Part shown: piece by piece, positions 1 to 12,586 of the stretch
Numbering within the stretch: position 1 is the stretch's first letter
Layout of the letters: each line of letters begins with the position of its first letter
Source of the DNA: Macrostomum lignano
Taxonomy: Eukaryota
Direction of reading: 5' to 3'
Length of the DNA: 25,549 nt
Assembly: GCA_002269645.1 (NCBI GenBank)
Contig: NIVC01001041.1
Location: 1-25,549, forward strand
Notes under the pieces: generated by a model
What the model was told of the DNA's origin: nothing
Database searches by the model: none
What the model saw: the letters and a program-made list of their open reading frames with translations, nothing else
Made by a program: the position numbers and the translations under genes

Positions 1-186
1 GCCTGTACGCCAGTTCCATGTGAACACTGGCTGGATCGGACCCGGCCGTCGTGGATGCATCATCGTTGATGCTGCTGCTGATGGTTGTGTGAGCCGAGCT
101 ACGTTGGGTGCCTTAGACAAAGGCAGCGTCCGCAGCGTTGGGGCCTACTTCTTAGCTTTGGTCCCCTTCGCTCCAGGCTCACATTG

Positions 187-1500
187 GGTCTGGGACTGGG
201 GCTGGGACTGGGACTTGGACTGGGACTGGGCTAGGAATGGGGCTGGGACTGGAACTGGGACTGGGACTTAGACTGGGACTGGGAATGGGGCTGGGAATGG
301 GGCTGGGACTGGGACTTGGACTGGGACTGGGACTGGGGCTGGGAAATGGGGCTGGGAATGGGGCTTGGACTGGGGCTGGAAATGGGGCTGGGAATGGGGC
401 TGGGACTGGGGCTTGGACTGAGGCTGGGACTAGGGCTAGGAATGGGACTGGGAATGGGGCTTGGACTGGGGCTGGGACTGGGGCTGGGAATGGGGCTGGG
501 ACTGGGACTTAGACTGGGACTGGGAATGGGGCTGGGAATGGGGCTGGGACTGGGACTTGGACTGGGACTGGGACTGGGGCTGGGAATGGGGCTGGGAATG
601 GGGCTTGGACTGGGGCTGGAAATGGGGCTGGGAATGGGGCTGGGACTGGGGCTTGGACTGAGGCTGGGACTAGGGCTGGGAATGGGACTGGGAATGGGGC
701 TTGGACTGGGGCTGGGACTGGGGGGAATGGGGCTGGGACTGGGACTTCGACTGGGACTGGGACTGGGGCTGGGAATGGGGTTGGGAATGGGGCTTGGACT
801 GGGGCTGGGAATGGGCTTGGACTGGGACTTCGACTGGGACTGGGACTGGGGCTGGGAATGGGGCTTGGACTGGGGCTGGGAATGGGGCTTGGACTGGGAC
901 TTGGACTGGGACTGGGACTGGGGCTGGGAATGGGGCTGGGAATGGGGCTTGGACTTGGGCTGGAAATGGGGCTGGGAATGGGGCTGGGACTGGGGCTTGG
1001 ACTGGGGCTGGGACTGGGGCTGGAATGGGACTGGGAATGGGGCTTGGACTGGGGCTGGGACTGGGGCTGGGAATGGGGCTGGGAATGGGACTGGGAATAG
1101 GGCTGGGACTGGGACTTGGACTGGGACTGGGACTGGGGCTGGGAATGGGGCTGGGAATGGGGCTGGGACTGGGACTTGGACTGGGACTGGGACTGGGGCT
1201 GGGACTGGGGCTGGGAATGGGGCTGGGAATGGGACTGGGAATGGGGCTGGGACTGGGACTTGGACTGGGACTGGGACTGGGGCTGGGAATGGGGCTGGGA
1301 ATGGGCTTGGACTGGGGCTGGGAATGGGGCTGGGACTGGGGCTGGGAATGGGGCTGGGAATGGGGCTGGGACTGGGGCTGGGAATGGGGCTTGGACTGGG
1401 GTTGGGAATGGGGCTGGGATTGGAATGGGGCTGGGGCCGGGGCTGGGAATGGGGCTGGGACTGAGGCTGGGACTGGGGCTGGGAATGGGGCTGAGGCCGG
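187..1500. repeat. G-rich mosaic micro/minisatellite of 6-7-nt words (TGGGAC, TGGGGC, TGGGAA, TTGGAC)
   Basis: Continuous GGGNNN periodicity for 1.3 kb; the GLGL/WDWD/GTGA ORFs are direct translations of it. Confidence 0.97.
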
Positions 1501-1512
1501 GGCTAATAAAGA

Positions 1513-1751
1513 CTTGTTTTCTCCAGTTTCTAGAAAGCTAAATAGGCTAAAAGTGCAGCTGGCCGGCAGCCCAGCCTCCGCCCGTCATCTCTGAGCACAA
1601 AAGCGAAGGTGCAGTGAGGGGAAGGCAGGGTGCTCAAGCACAATGCAGAGTCTCCATTGTGCAAGGCTGGGGCTGAAAATCATTCGGGAGCAGCCGCCAG
1701 TGCAGCCTCCGACAGCTCAGCATCTCTGCAGCCTCATCGCTAATTAAATCT
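1513..1751. repeat. Dispersed repeat A, copy 1
   Basis: Aligns with 24950-25169 in the same orientation (shared CTAAAAGTGCAGCTGGCCG, GGCAGGGTGCTCAAGCACAATGCAGAGTCTCCATTGTGC, TCATTCGGGAGCAGCCGCCA, TCATCGCTAATTAAATCT), apart from indels. Confidence 0.85.
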
Positions 1752-2145
1752 CGCTTTTGCAATGACCTTGATTCTCAGTGCCCCTGATATGTCATGCTGT
1801 CAAGAGCTGCATTTTCTGAACAGCTGCTGTGTACTGCTGGGATTCGACAGCTCAGCCCCATCTCACTCTGCATCATTTAGAGCTGCTAGCCTCCTCTCTG
1901 CAGAGGCCCTGAGCAGCTCATTGTGCCACCGTACTGACCGCCTTTGTCTCTCATGAAATGCTGAATTACTTGGCAACTCCTTTGCACCTCATCTTCTCAG
2001 CTGCCCGCTTCGGACTGCCTTAGGCTTGGGGTGGGCGCTCAGCCTCGAGTCTCTCAGCATCTCCGCAAAGCACTGCTCACTGGCCTCTCAGCTCTTGGGT
2101 GGTCTGTCTTTCACCTGCATGCACAAGCTCTGTTTATCAGCCACC

Positions 2146-3281
2146 TGAAAGAGACAGGCTGGGATGAAGGGTGAGCGGCAGGGAGAGAGACAGGCTGGGA
2201 TGAAGGGTGAGGGGCAGGGAGGGAGACAGGCTGGGATGTAGGGTGAGGGGCAGGGAGGAGACAGGCTGGGATGTAGGGTGAGGGGCAGGGAGGGAGACAG
2301 GCTGGGATGTAGGGTGAGGGGCAGGGAGGGAGACAGGCTGGGATGTAGGGTGAGGGGCAGGGAGGGAGACAGGCTGGGATGTAGGGTGAGGGGCAGGGAG
2401 AGAGACATGCTGGGATGAAGGGTGAGGGGCAGGGAGGGAGACAGGCTGGGATGTAGGGTGAGGGGCAGGGAGGGAGACAGGCTGGGATGTAGGGTGAGGG
2501 CAGGGAGGGAGACAGGCTGGGATGTAGGGTGAGGGGCAGGGAGAGAGACAGGCTGGGATGAAGGGTGAGGGGCAGGGAGGGAGACAGGCTGGGATGTAGG
2601 GTGAGGGGCAGGGAGAGAGACATGCTGGGATGAAGGGTGAGGGGCAGGGAGGGAGACAGGCTGGGATGTAGGGTGAGGGGCAGGGAGGGAGACAGGCTGG
2701 GATGTAGGGTGAGGGGCAGGGAGGGAGACAGGCTGGGATGTAGGGTGAGGGGCAGGGAGGGAGACAGGCTGGGATGTAGGGTGAGGGCAGGGAGAGAGAC
2801 AGGCTGGGATGAAGGGTGAGGGGCAGGGAGGGAGACAGGCTGGGATGTAGGGTGAGGGGCAGGGAGGGAGACAGGCTGGGATGTAGGGTGAGGGGCAGGA
2901 AGGGAGACAGGCTGGGATGTAGGGTGAGGGGCAGGGAGGGAGACAGGCTGGGATGTAGGGTGAGGGGCAGGGAGAGAGACAGGCTGGGATGAAGGGTGAG
3001 GGGCAGGGAGGGAGACAGGCTGGGATGTAGGGTGAGGGGCAGGAAGGGAGACAGGCTGGGATGTAGGGTGAGGGGCAGGAAGGGAGACAGGCTGGGATGT
3101 AGGGTGAGGGGCAGGGAGATACAGGCTGGGATGTAGGGTGAGGGGCAGGAAGGGAGACAGGCTGGGATGTAGGGTGAGGGGCAGGGAAGGGAGACAGGCT
3201 GGGATGTAGGGTGAGGGGCAGGAGGGAGACAGGCTGGGATGTAGGGTGAGGGCAGGCTGGGATGTAGGGTGAGGGGCAGGG
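2146..3281. repeat. 36-bp G-rich minisatellite (GGGAGGGAGACAGGCTGGGATGTAGGGTGAGGGGCA)n, array 1
   Basis: About 31 near-identical units; source of the LPAPHPTSQPVS-type ORFs. Confidence 0.98.
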
Positions 3282-3409
3282 TTGGTCGCCGGCCCATGGG
3301 AGGGGCCAATATCGATACTGCATGGTTGGACACCCACAAAAACTCCAAGAAACATGAAAAAGCGCATAAAACCCGGTACGGCAGCTGCCAGCAATCTCTA
3401 TGCATCGCT

Positions 3410-3685
3410 TCTTTGGCTCTCGCGGATATACGAGTATAATCTGCCAATCTAAAAATATTTTTAATCTCCGCAAACAATATCGCTTACAGTAAGTACGCTT
3501 ACAGTAAGGTGCGGCAAGCATATCCTTGTTGTAAAAGAGAATACCCGTATAGCATATTAGGAAAATGTATTGCCAACTGCTCATCAAGGAGTCACCAAGC
3601 AACAATCAATCCGAATTGGTTTGCGATGTGAAGTTTTTCAGTGGCGATAAAACTGTAATAAATAGTAATTTATTAGTTAGAAAAC
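3410..3685. repeat. Dispersed flank B downstream of 36-bp array 1
   Basis: 3463-3488 is identical over 26 bp to 21505-21530; further blocks match 21455-21480, 21561-21580 and 22060-22112. Confidence 0.75.
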
Positions 3686-3958
3686 TTTCGAATAATCACA
3701 GGGTAAAAAACTGAACGAAAAGAAAAATATTATAAGAAAAAAAGTTCACATTAATTAAGTAAGGTTAAACAAATCAACTTTAGTAGACATGGGACAATTA
3801 GATTAAAGTGCACTTGAGCAGAAGGGCCAAAAATTAACGTAATTGAGAATGGTAAAGCAGATCCACTTAAGTAAGCATCGGAGCCGAATACCTGCTACCA
3901 GCATACGGTGGGTTTGAGCTGAAGGCCATGGAAACACAGCAGTCAAGAGAAGCATAAT

Positions 3959-4672
3959 ACTGAGTTGGTTAAACTGTGCTCAGTAAGCCTGAGTTGGTTA
4001 AACTGTGCTCAGTAAGCCTGAGTTGATTAAACTGTGCTCAGTAAGCCTGAGTTGGTTAAACTGTGCTCAGTAAGCCTGAGTTGATTAAACTGTGCTCAGT
4101 AAGCCTGAGTTGGTTAAACTGTGCTCAGTAAGCCTGAGTTGGGTAAACTGTGCTCAGTAAGCCTGAGTTGATTAAACTGTGCTCAGTAAGCCTGAGTTGG
4201 TTAAACTGTGCTCAGTAAGCCTGAGTTGATTAAACTGTGCTCAGTAAGCCTGAGTTGGTTAAACTGTGCTCAGTAAGCCTGAGTTGGTTAAACTGTGCTC
4301 AGTAAGCCTGAGTTGGTTAAACTGTGCTCAGTAAGCCTGAGTTGGTTAAACTGTGCTCAGTAAGCCTGAGTTGGTTAAACTGTGCTCAGTAAGCCTGAGT
4401 TGATTAAACTGTGCTCAGTAAGCCTGAGTTGGTTAAACTGTGCTCAGTAAGCCTGAGTTGGTTAAACTGTGCTCAGTAAGCCTGAGTTGGTTAAACTGTG
4501 CTCAGTAAGCCTGAGTTGGTTAAACTGTGCTAGTAAGCTGAGTTGGTTAAACTGTGCTCAGTAAGCCTGAGTTGATTAAACTGTGCTCAGTAAGCCTGAG
4601 TTGGTTAAACTGTGCTCAGTAAGCCTGAGTTGGTTAAACTGTGCTCAGTTGAGTTGGTTAAACTGTGCTCAC
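3959..4672. repeat. 29-bp minisatellite (TGAGTTGGTTAAACTGTGCTCAGTAAGCC)n
   Basis: About 24 near-perfect units, no spacers. Confidence 0.98.
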
Positions 4673-4865
4673 AGATTGTCATTCTGAGTTGGTATCGATT
4701 TTTTAATCAATGCAATCTGGAGACTGTGCAGAATGTCATCGAATAATTTTGATGGCACGGCAACTCTACAATTATGAGATTATGAGGTCCATGTTTATTG
4801 TTAATTTACTTGGATGCCTTTGATTAATTTATAACAAATCGTTCGTTTAGCATTTAGGCATTGAT

Positions 4866-5533
4866 TTAGGTCATAGACAATTGCGGTCATACCCAGTAGG
4901 TCATAGACAATTGCGTTCATGCTCAGTAGGTCATAGACAATTGCGTTCATGCTCAGTAGGTCATAGACAATTGCGTTCATGCTCAGTAGGTCATAGACAA
5001 TTGCGGTCATCCTCAGTAGGTCATCAGACAATTGCGGTCATACTCAGTAGGTCATCAGACAATTGCGGTCATGCTCAGTAGGTCATCAGACAATTGCGGT
5101 CACACCCAGCAGGTCATAGACAATTGCGGTCATACTCAGTAGGTCATAGACAATTGCGGTCACACCCAGCAGGTCATAGACAATTGCGGTCATGCTCAGT
5201 AGGTCATATGCAATTGCGGTCATGCTCAGTAGGTCATAGACAATTGCGGTCGTGCCCAGTAGGTCATAGGCAATTGCGGTCATGCTCAGTAGGTCATAGA
5301 CAATTGCGGTCATGCTCAGTAGGTCATAGACAATTGCGGTCATGCTCAGTAGGTCATAGGCAATTGCGGTCATGCTCAGTAGGTCATAGACAATTGCGGT
5401 TATGCTCAGTAGGTCATAGACAATCGCGGTCATACTCAGTAGGTCATAGACAATTGCGGTCATACTCAGTAGGTCATAGACAATTGCGGTCATGCTCAGT
5501 GGGTCATAGACAATTAGGGTCATACTCAGTACA
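4866..5533. repeat. 30-bp minisatellite (AGTAGGTCATAGACAATTGCGGTCATGCTC)n
   Basis: About 22 units with point variants. Confidence 0.97.
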
Positions 5534-5867
5534 TGTAGATCATAGACAATCATGATCACAACTCGTACATGTAGGGTAGCTGTGAAGAATCGGTCATAAA
5601 CAGTACATGAATTCAACGATCAAAATTAACAATAGCATGAAGCCTACGAACCCCTTTTACCTTCTATTCTACGCCCTTTCCCCTGATCTTACCCTCACCA
5701 GAATCTCACCCGAGTTTCACCAGAATCTCACAAAGATGGGGACAAAGCGACATGACATGCATGAATTAATAATTCTCCGATGTACGCCTGCATGCAGCCT
5801 ACCAGAAAATTATGATAACTTTGCTGGATATGAGAGGGTAGAGAGAAGAGTAAAGAAGACTGTCATA

Positions 5868-8219
5868 TCAAACAGGAGATTCCCGTGTCTAACAGGAGAC
5901 TCCCATGTCTAACAGGAGACTCCCATGTCTAACAGGAGACTCCCATGTCTAACAGGAGACTCCCATGTCTAACAGGAGACTCCCATGTCTAACAGGAGAC
6001 TCCCATGTCTAACAGGAGACTCCCATGTCTAACAGGAGACTCCCATGTCTAACAGGAGACTCCCATGTCTAACAGGAGACTCCCATGTCTAACAGGAGAC
6101 TCCCATGTCTAACAGGAGACTCCCATGTCTAACAGGAGACTCCCATGTCTAACAGGAGACTCCCATGTCTAACAGGAGACTCCCATGTCTAACAGGAGAC
6201 TCCCATGTCTAACAGGAGACTCCCATGTCTAACAGGAGACTCCCATGTCTAACAGGAGACTCCCATGTCTAACAGGAGACTCCCATGTCTAGCAGGAGAC
6301 TCCTGATCCCATGTCTAACAGGAGACTGCCATGTCTAACAGGAGACTGCCATGTCTAACAGGAGACTCCCATGTCTAACAAGAGACTCCCATGTCTAACA
6401 GGAGACTCCCATGTCTAACAGGAGACTCCCATGTCTAACAGGAGACTCCCATGTCTAACAGGAGACTCCCATGTCTAACAGGAGACTCCCATGTCTAACA
6501 GGAGACTCCCATGTCTAACAGGAGACTCCCATGTCTAACAGGAGACTCCCATGTCTAACAGGAGACTCCCATGTCTAACAGGAGACTCTCATGTCTAACA
6601 GGAGACTGCCATGTCTAACAGGAGACTCCCATGTCTAACAGGAGACTCCCATGTCTAACAGGAGACTCCCATGTCTAACAGGAGACTCCCATGTCTAACA
6701 GGAGACTCCCATGTCTAACAGGAGACTCCCATGTCTAACAGGAGACTCCCATGTCTAAAGGAGACTCCCATGTCTAACAGGAGACTCCCATGTCTAACAG
6801 GAGACTGCCATGTCTAACAGGAGACTCCCATGTCTAACAGGAGACTCCCATGTCTAACAGGAGACTCCCATGTCTAACAGGAGACTCCCATGTCTAACAG
6901 GAGACTCCCATGTCTAACAGGAGACTCCCATGTCTAACAGGAGACTCCCATGTCTAACAGGAGACTCCCATGTCTAACAGGAGACTCCCATGTCTAACAG
7001 GAGACTCCCATGTCTAACAGGAGACTCCCATGTCTAACAGGAGACTCCCATGTCTAACAGGAGACTCCCATGTCTAACAGGAGACTCCCATGTCTAGCAG
7101 GAGACTCCTGATCCCATGTCTAACAGGAGACTGCCATGTCTAACAGGAGACTGCCATGTCTAACAGGAGACTCCCATGTCTAACAGAGACTCCCATGTCT
7201 AACAGGAGACTCCCATGTCTAACAGGAGACTCCCATGTCTAACAGGAGACTCCCATGTCTAACAGGAGACTCCCATGTCTAACAGGAGACTCCCATGTCT
7301 AACAGGAGACTCCCATGTCTAACAGGAGACTCCCATGTCTAACAGGAGACTCCCATGTCTAACAGGAGACTCCCATGTCTAACAGGAGACTCTCATGTCT
7401 AACAGGAGACTGCCATGTCTAACAGGAGACTCCCATGTCTAACAGGAGACTCCCATGTCTAACAGGAGACTCCCATGTCTAACAGGAGACTCCCATGTCT
7501 AACAGGAGACTCCCATGTCTAACAGGAGACTCCCATGTCTAACAGGAGACTCCCATGTCTAAAGGAGACTCCCATGTCTAACAGGAGACTCCCATGTCTA
7601 ACAGGAGACTGCCATGTCTAACAGGAGACTCCCATGTCTAACAGGAGACTCCCATGTCTAACAGGAGACTCCCATGTCTAACAGGAGACTCCCATGTCTA
7701 ACAGGAGACTCCCATGTCTAACAGGAGACTGCCATGTCTAACAGGAGACTCCCATGTCTAACAGGCGACTCCCATGTCTAACAGGAGACTCCCATGTCTA
7801 ACAGGAGACTCCCATGTCTAACAGGAGACTCCCATGTCTAACAGGAGACTCCCATGTCTAACAGGAGACTCCCATGTCTAACAGGAGACTCCCATGTCTA
7901 ACAGGAGACTCCCATGTCTAACAGGAGACTCCCATGTCTAACAGGAGACTCCCATGTCTAACAGGAGACTCCCATGTCTAACAGGAGACTGCCATGTCTA
8001 ACAGGAGACTCCCATGTCTAACAGGAGACTGCCATGTCTAACAGGAGACTCCCATGTCTAACAGGAGACTGCCATGTCTAACAGGAGACTCCCATGTCTA
8101 ACAGGAGACTCCCATGTCTAACAGGAGACTCCCATGTCTAACAGGAGACTCCCATGTCTAACAGGAGACTCCCATGTCTAACAGGAGACTCCCATGTCTA
8201 ACAGGACACCATGTCTAAC
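5868..8219. repeat. 20-bp minisatellite A (AACAGGAGACTCCCATGTCT)n
   Basis: About 117 highly homogeneous units; internal ~805-bp duplicated variant pattern. Confidence 0.99.
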
Positions 8220-8640
8220 AGCAAGAGTGTGCATTCAGTTTAAAACCATACTCTGCTATCTAGAGTAGTCTCAAAAGTGTTTTCCCACCAAATTCGGTCC
8301 AAACAAAAGCAGAAATGCGGTTCTATTCTCATTTTCCTGCTCAAAACAGCGGCTGAGGTGGCTGAGCAGCCCTCATGCCCGCCATTGTCTCAGTTCAATG
8401 CAATGCGAAGCCACTGCAAACACTTATTTATGTACATTTCACAGCGCACTGAGTGAGCACAGACTCAAGTGTCTGCCAGCATCATTGATGCAGCATCAGC
8501 TGTTCAAAAGAGATGCACAGAATGGCTGATGCTCGTTTGAACACACTTTTGTGCAGATGAAGCAACAAGCAGCACCACCCAGCCTCCAGGTGAGCACATT
8601 GCTCATCTGTCCACAGACTCTCCGTGCTCGAGTCTCCCCC

Positions 8641-8654
8641 GTTGCCATGGCAAC
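8641..8654. promoter_or_regulatory. Perfect palindromic RFX X-box GTTGCCATGGCAAC
   Basis: Exact match to the canonical RFX-binding palindrome, in unique sequence; function not shown. Confidence 0.4.
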
Positions 8655-8889
8655 TGGAGCAGCTCTGCAGCGTCTCTGCAGTTAAGGGCTCTGCACATCT
8701 CTTTGCTCACTGCGTGAGGGGCCGAGCCGTGGGCAGCCTCAGACTTCATGACACTCTGCAAGCCCTTTGAAAACAATGGCCAGCTTCACTGCATGCCTGC
8801 TTCATCAGCTCTGCCTTCCTCCCACTGTTGTGTGCATTGCACTGAGTGAGGCTCAGAAATGATGCTGCGAAATATTGAAATATGAAATG

Positions 8890-9536
8890 GGACACAGCGG
8901 GTCACGGCAAGTCAGGACACAGCGGGTCACGGCAAGTCAGGACACAGCGGGTCACGGCAAGTCAGGACACAGCGGGTCACGGCAAGTCAGGACACAGCGG
9001 GTCACGGCAAGTCAGGACACAGCGGGTCACGGCAAGTCAGGACACAGCGGGTCACGGCAAGTCAGGACACAGCGGGTCACGGCAAGTCAGGACACAGCGG
9101 GTCACGGCAAGTCAGGACACAGCGGGTCACGGCAAGTCAGGACACAGCGGGTCACGGCAAGTCAGGACACAGCGGGTCACGGCAAGTCAGGACACAGCGG
9201 GTCACGGCAAGTCAGGACACAGCGGGTCACGGCAAGTCAGGACACAGCGGGTCACGGCAAGTCAGGACACAGCGGGTCACGGCAAGTCAGGACACAGCGG
9301 GTCACGGCAAGTCAGGACACAGCGGGTCACGGCAAGTCAGGACACAGCGGGTCACGGCAAGTCAGGACACAGCGGGTCACGGCAAGTCAGAACACAGCGG
9401 GTCACGCCAAGTCAGGACACAGCGGGTCACGGCAAGTCAGGACACAGCGGGTCACGGCAAGTCAGGACACAGCGGGTCACGGCAAGTCAGGACACAGCGG
9501 GTCACGGCAAGTCAGGACACAGCGGGTCACGGCAAG
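8890..9536. repeat. 25-bp minisatellite (GACACAGCGGGTCACGGCAAGTCAG)n
   Basis: About 26 units; only two substitutions visible (9391, 9407). Confidence 0.99.
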
Positions 9537-10011
9537 CCAAGCGGTGGCTGTATATTTAACTGAGAACTCTTGAGTAAGCACCGGACTTCCTGCTCCAACA
9601 GTTGCTAATAAAAAGTCAGTCCAAAAATCAAATACAAAAATCAGAGCCGGAAAAAGCGCCAAACCGGTGGCTGAAAAATGTGAAAAATTCTCGGCAACAG
9701 AAAATCTGGAGTAGGCAGTGAGCAGTCTGAGCAGATTGGGGAAATTGTGATTGGCTTTGTGCCAGAGTTTCAAAATCAACATTGATCAGCTTGAAACTGG
9801 AATGGCACTCGAGTCAGCTCAAAAATGTCTCATTAATTGAAAGGAGCAACCGGTAAAACAAACCCGGCAGTCAAATAAACAAAATTTGAATTCCGAATCG
9901 CAGACGAATAAACAAAACTGTGATTGGATAACTGATCCGGGCATCGGGAAGCAGCAGGTGATCAATAGACAAAACGATAATTCAAAATTTAAAATCTGAA
10001 TGAGCAGTTCG

Positions 10012-10487
10012 AACAAACAAAGCAGCCGGATAAACAAAATGCCCAATCGGATAAACAAAATGGGCAATCGGATAAACAAAATGGGCAATCAGATGAACAA
10101 AAACGGCAATCGGATAAACAAAAAGGGCAATCGGATAAACAAAAAGGGCAATCAAATAAACAAAAAGGTCAATCGGATAAACAAAAAGGACAATCGGATA
10201 AACAAAAAAGGGCAATCAGATAAACAAAAAGTTCAATCGGATAAACAAAAAGGGCAATCAAATAAACAAAAAGGGCAATCAGATAAACAAAAAAGGGCAA
10301 TCAGATAAACAAAAAGGTCAATCGGATAAACAAAAAGGGCAATCAAATAAACAAAAAGGGCAATCAGATAAACAAAAAAGGGCAATCAGATAAACAAAAA
10401 GGTCAATCGGATAAACAAAAAGGGCAATCGGATAAACAAAAAGAGCAATCGGATAAACAAAAAGAGCAATCAGATAAACAAAAAACA
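10012..10487. repeat. A-rich 21-22-bp minisatellite (GGATAAACAAAAAGGGCAATC)n
   Basis: About 22 units beginning ~65 nt 3' of the kinase stop codon (minus strand). Confidence 0.95.
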
Positions 10488-10551
10488 TCACCAAGCAAAA
10501 CCGGCCGCTCCAAGAGCCGCTCCGCTCCCTCACAGCCCATCGCTCTCGCAG

Positions 10552-11037
10552 TCAGGATGAGGCACTCAGGAAGCTGTGCCGCAGCAGCTCCGCGGTGTCC
10601 GCTCGCTTCCTCGGGTCATAGTCTACGCACCTGAGGTAGAAGTCCTTCAGGCCGGCTGAGAACCCGTCCGCAATCCGAGGCATCTTCTGCTTTCTAAACC
10701 GCAGAATGCCAATATTTTCAATTGGCTGGTCTCCATCAGGAGGCTGCATGGCCGTCAGCTCATACACGGTGCAGCCGAAGGCCCACACGTCGGTCTTGGC
10801 TGAGTACAGAAGTGATTTCAATTTTGTGTCGAACAGCTCCGGAGCCATGAAGTACATGGTACCTTTTGGTCCGAAGCCTGTGCTAAGACCGCAGGTCTTC
10901 TCAATCTCCTTGGCCAGACCGAAGTCGATCAGCTTGATGACGCCCTCGTTGGTGAGCATAATATTGGAGCTCTTAATGTCACGGTGCAAGATAGCGCCCT
11001 CCGGCTGGCAGTGCAGAAAGTTCAGGCCTGAGCAGAT
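10552..11037 (-). CDS. ANK-kinase gene, last exon: kinase C-lobe (STE11/MAP3K-like Ser/Thr kinase)
   Basis: [43 protein letters not shown], then TGA at 10554-10552; acceptor CTGCAG| at 11038, phase 0. Confidence 0.93.
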   Translation of the reverse strand: MCSGLNFLHCQPEGAILHRDIKSSNIMLTNEGVIKLIDFGLAKEIEKTCGLSTGFGPKGTMYFMAPELFDTKLKSLLYSAKTDVWAFGCTVYELTAMQPPDGDQPIENIGILRFRKQKMPRIADGFSAGLKDFYLRCVDYDPRKRADTAELLRHSFLSASS

Positions 11038-11085
11038 CTGCAGGAGCAGTTTTGAGCAGTCATGAGACCCCATACCTGCTCCCAC

Positions 11086-11353
11086 CCACACTGATCCCAC
11101 ACTAATCCCACACTGATCCCACACTGATCCCACACTGAACCCACAATGATCCCACACTGATCCCACAATGATCCCACACTGAACCCACAATGATCCCACA
11201 CTGATCCCACACTGATCCCACACTGATCCCACACTGATCCCACACTGATCCCACACTGATCCCACACTGATCCCACACTGATCCCACACAGATCCCACGC
11301 TGATCCCACACTGATCCCACACTAATCCCACACTGATCCTACACTGATCCCAC
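11086..11353. repeat. 11-bp minisatellite (CACTGATCCCA)n in intron 3 of the ANK-kinase gene
   Basis: About 24 units between donor CAG|GTGCGT (11389) and acceptor (11038). Confidence 0.97.
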
Positions 11354-11389
11354 CCATGCCAGGCAATGCCAGAGAACTCAGACACGCAC

Positions 11390-11774
11390 CTGTCTGGAGA
11401 AGTCCCTGACCCCGGACTCCTTGAACGGCTTTTTTTGACGCTGCATCAGCTCAAAGAGGCTGTGACCCGAGACCAGCTCGGTGAAGATGTACAGCCCATC
11501 CGACTTCTGCTCGCACTTGAGGAACTGCAGGATGTTGGGATGCGAGAGTCGCTTGAGGATCTCAACTCCCCGCTTCTCCATCTCGACGGCTCTCTGCAGC
11601 TTCCCCGATTGGCCGGTGCCGCTCAGGGGCAGCACCTTGACAGCCACCGTCTGGTTGCGGTCTGTGAGGGCCTTGTACACCTCACCGAATCCGCCACGGC
11701 CGATGAGCTGCTTCTTGTCGTCCTGCAGAATGAAGTCCCAGTCGGTGAAGCTGGGGTCCAGCTGCTTCTTGGCG
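11390..11774 (-). CDS. ANK-kinase gene exon 3: kinase N-lobe
   Basis: [67 protein letters not shown]; acceptor TTCATTTCATGTTTCAG| (phase 2), donor |GTGCGT (phase 0); 385 nt fits both phases. Confidence 0.92.
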
Positions 11775-11844
11775 CTGAAACATGAAATGAAGGAATTGAT
11801 GAATTTTGTGTTGCTTGGGGCTTTCTGAGTACTTTGGAGTCACT

Positions 11845-12586
11845 CAGCCTTCTGCGTCACTACTCTTATGCGTCACCAGCCTTCTGCGTCAACCACCCTT
11901 CTGCGTCACCACCCTTCTGCGTCACCACCCTTCTGCGTCACCACCCTTCTGCGTCACCACCCTTCTGCGTCACCACCCTTCTGCGTCACCACCCTTCTGC
12001 GTCACTACTCTAATGCGTCACCATCCTTATGCGTCACCACCCTTCTGCGTCACCAGCCTTCTGCGTCAACCACCCTTCTGCGTCACCACCCTTCTGCGTC
12101 ACCAACCTTCTGCGTCACCAGCCTTCTGCGTCACCACCCTTCTGCGTCACCACCCTTCTGCGTCACCACCCTTCTGCGTCACCACCCTTCTGCGTCACAA
12201 CCCTTCTGCGTCACCACCCTTCTGCGTCACCACCCTTCTGCGTCACCACCCTTCTGCGTCACCACCCTTCTGCGCACCACCCTTCTGCGTCACCACCCTT
12301 CTGCGTCACCACCCTTCTGCGTCACCACCCTTCTGCGTCACCACCCTTCTGCGTCACCACCCTTCTGCGTCACCACCCTTCTGCGTCACCACCCTTCTGC
12401 GTCACCACCCTTCTGCGTCACCACCCTTCTGCGTCACCACCCTTCTGCGTCACCACCCTTCTGCGTCACCACCCTTCTGCGTCACCACCCTTCTGCGTCA
12501 CCACCCTTCTGCGTCACAACCCTTCTGCGTCACCACCCTTCTGCGTCACCACCCTTCTGCGTCACCACCCTTCTGCGTCACCACCC
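11845..12586. repeat. 16-bp minisatellite (CCACCCTTCTGCGTCA)n in intron 2 of the ANK-kinase gene
   Basis: About 46 units. Confidence 0.97.

Noticed and set aside
1-104. Possible minus-strand Ser/Thr-rich exon (TQRSSAHTTISSSINDDASTTAGSDPASVHMELAYR) running off the window
   Set aside because: Short, weak acceptor, no motif; cannot be supported from this window alone.
4866-5533. AGGTCA nuclear-receptor half-sites in the 30-mer (and TGACG half-sites in the 16-mer)
   Set aside because: Short motifs expected by chance in any unit and then multiplied by the repeat; no canonical spacing and no functional evidence.
20-9573. Long ORFs over the satellite arrays (GLGL/WDWD, LPAPHPTSQP, MTAIVYDLLS, TAGHGKSGHS), and the similar ones at 11806-12794 and 20168-21408
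   Set aside because: Stop-free translations of tandem repeats in multiple frames; no domain signal and no splice context.
9560-9990. Lys-rich plus-strand frames resembling a decayed coding region
   Set aside because: Multiple stops and no motif; explained by A-rich composition next to the 21-mer array.
10552-11385. ORF-track 277-aa protein starting MSEFSGIAW with [11 protein letters not shown] repeats
   Set aside because: The N-terminal part is read-through of the intronic 11-mer; the real exon begins at 11037.
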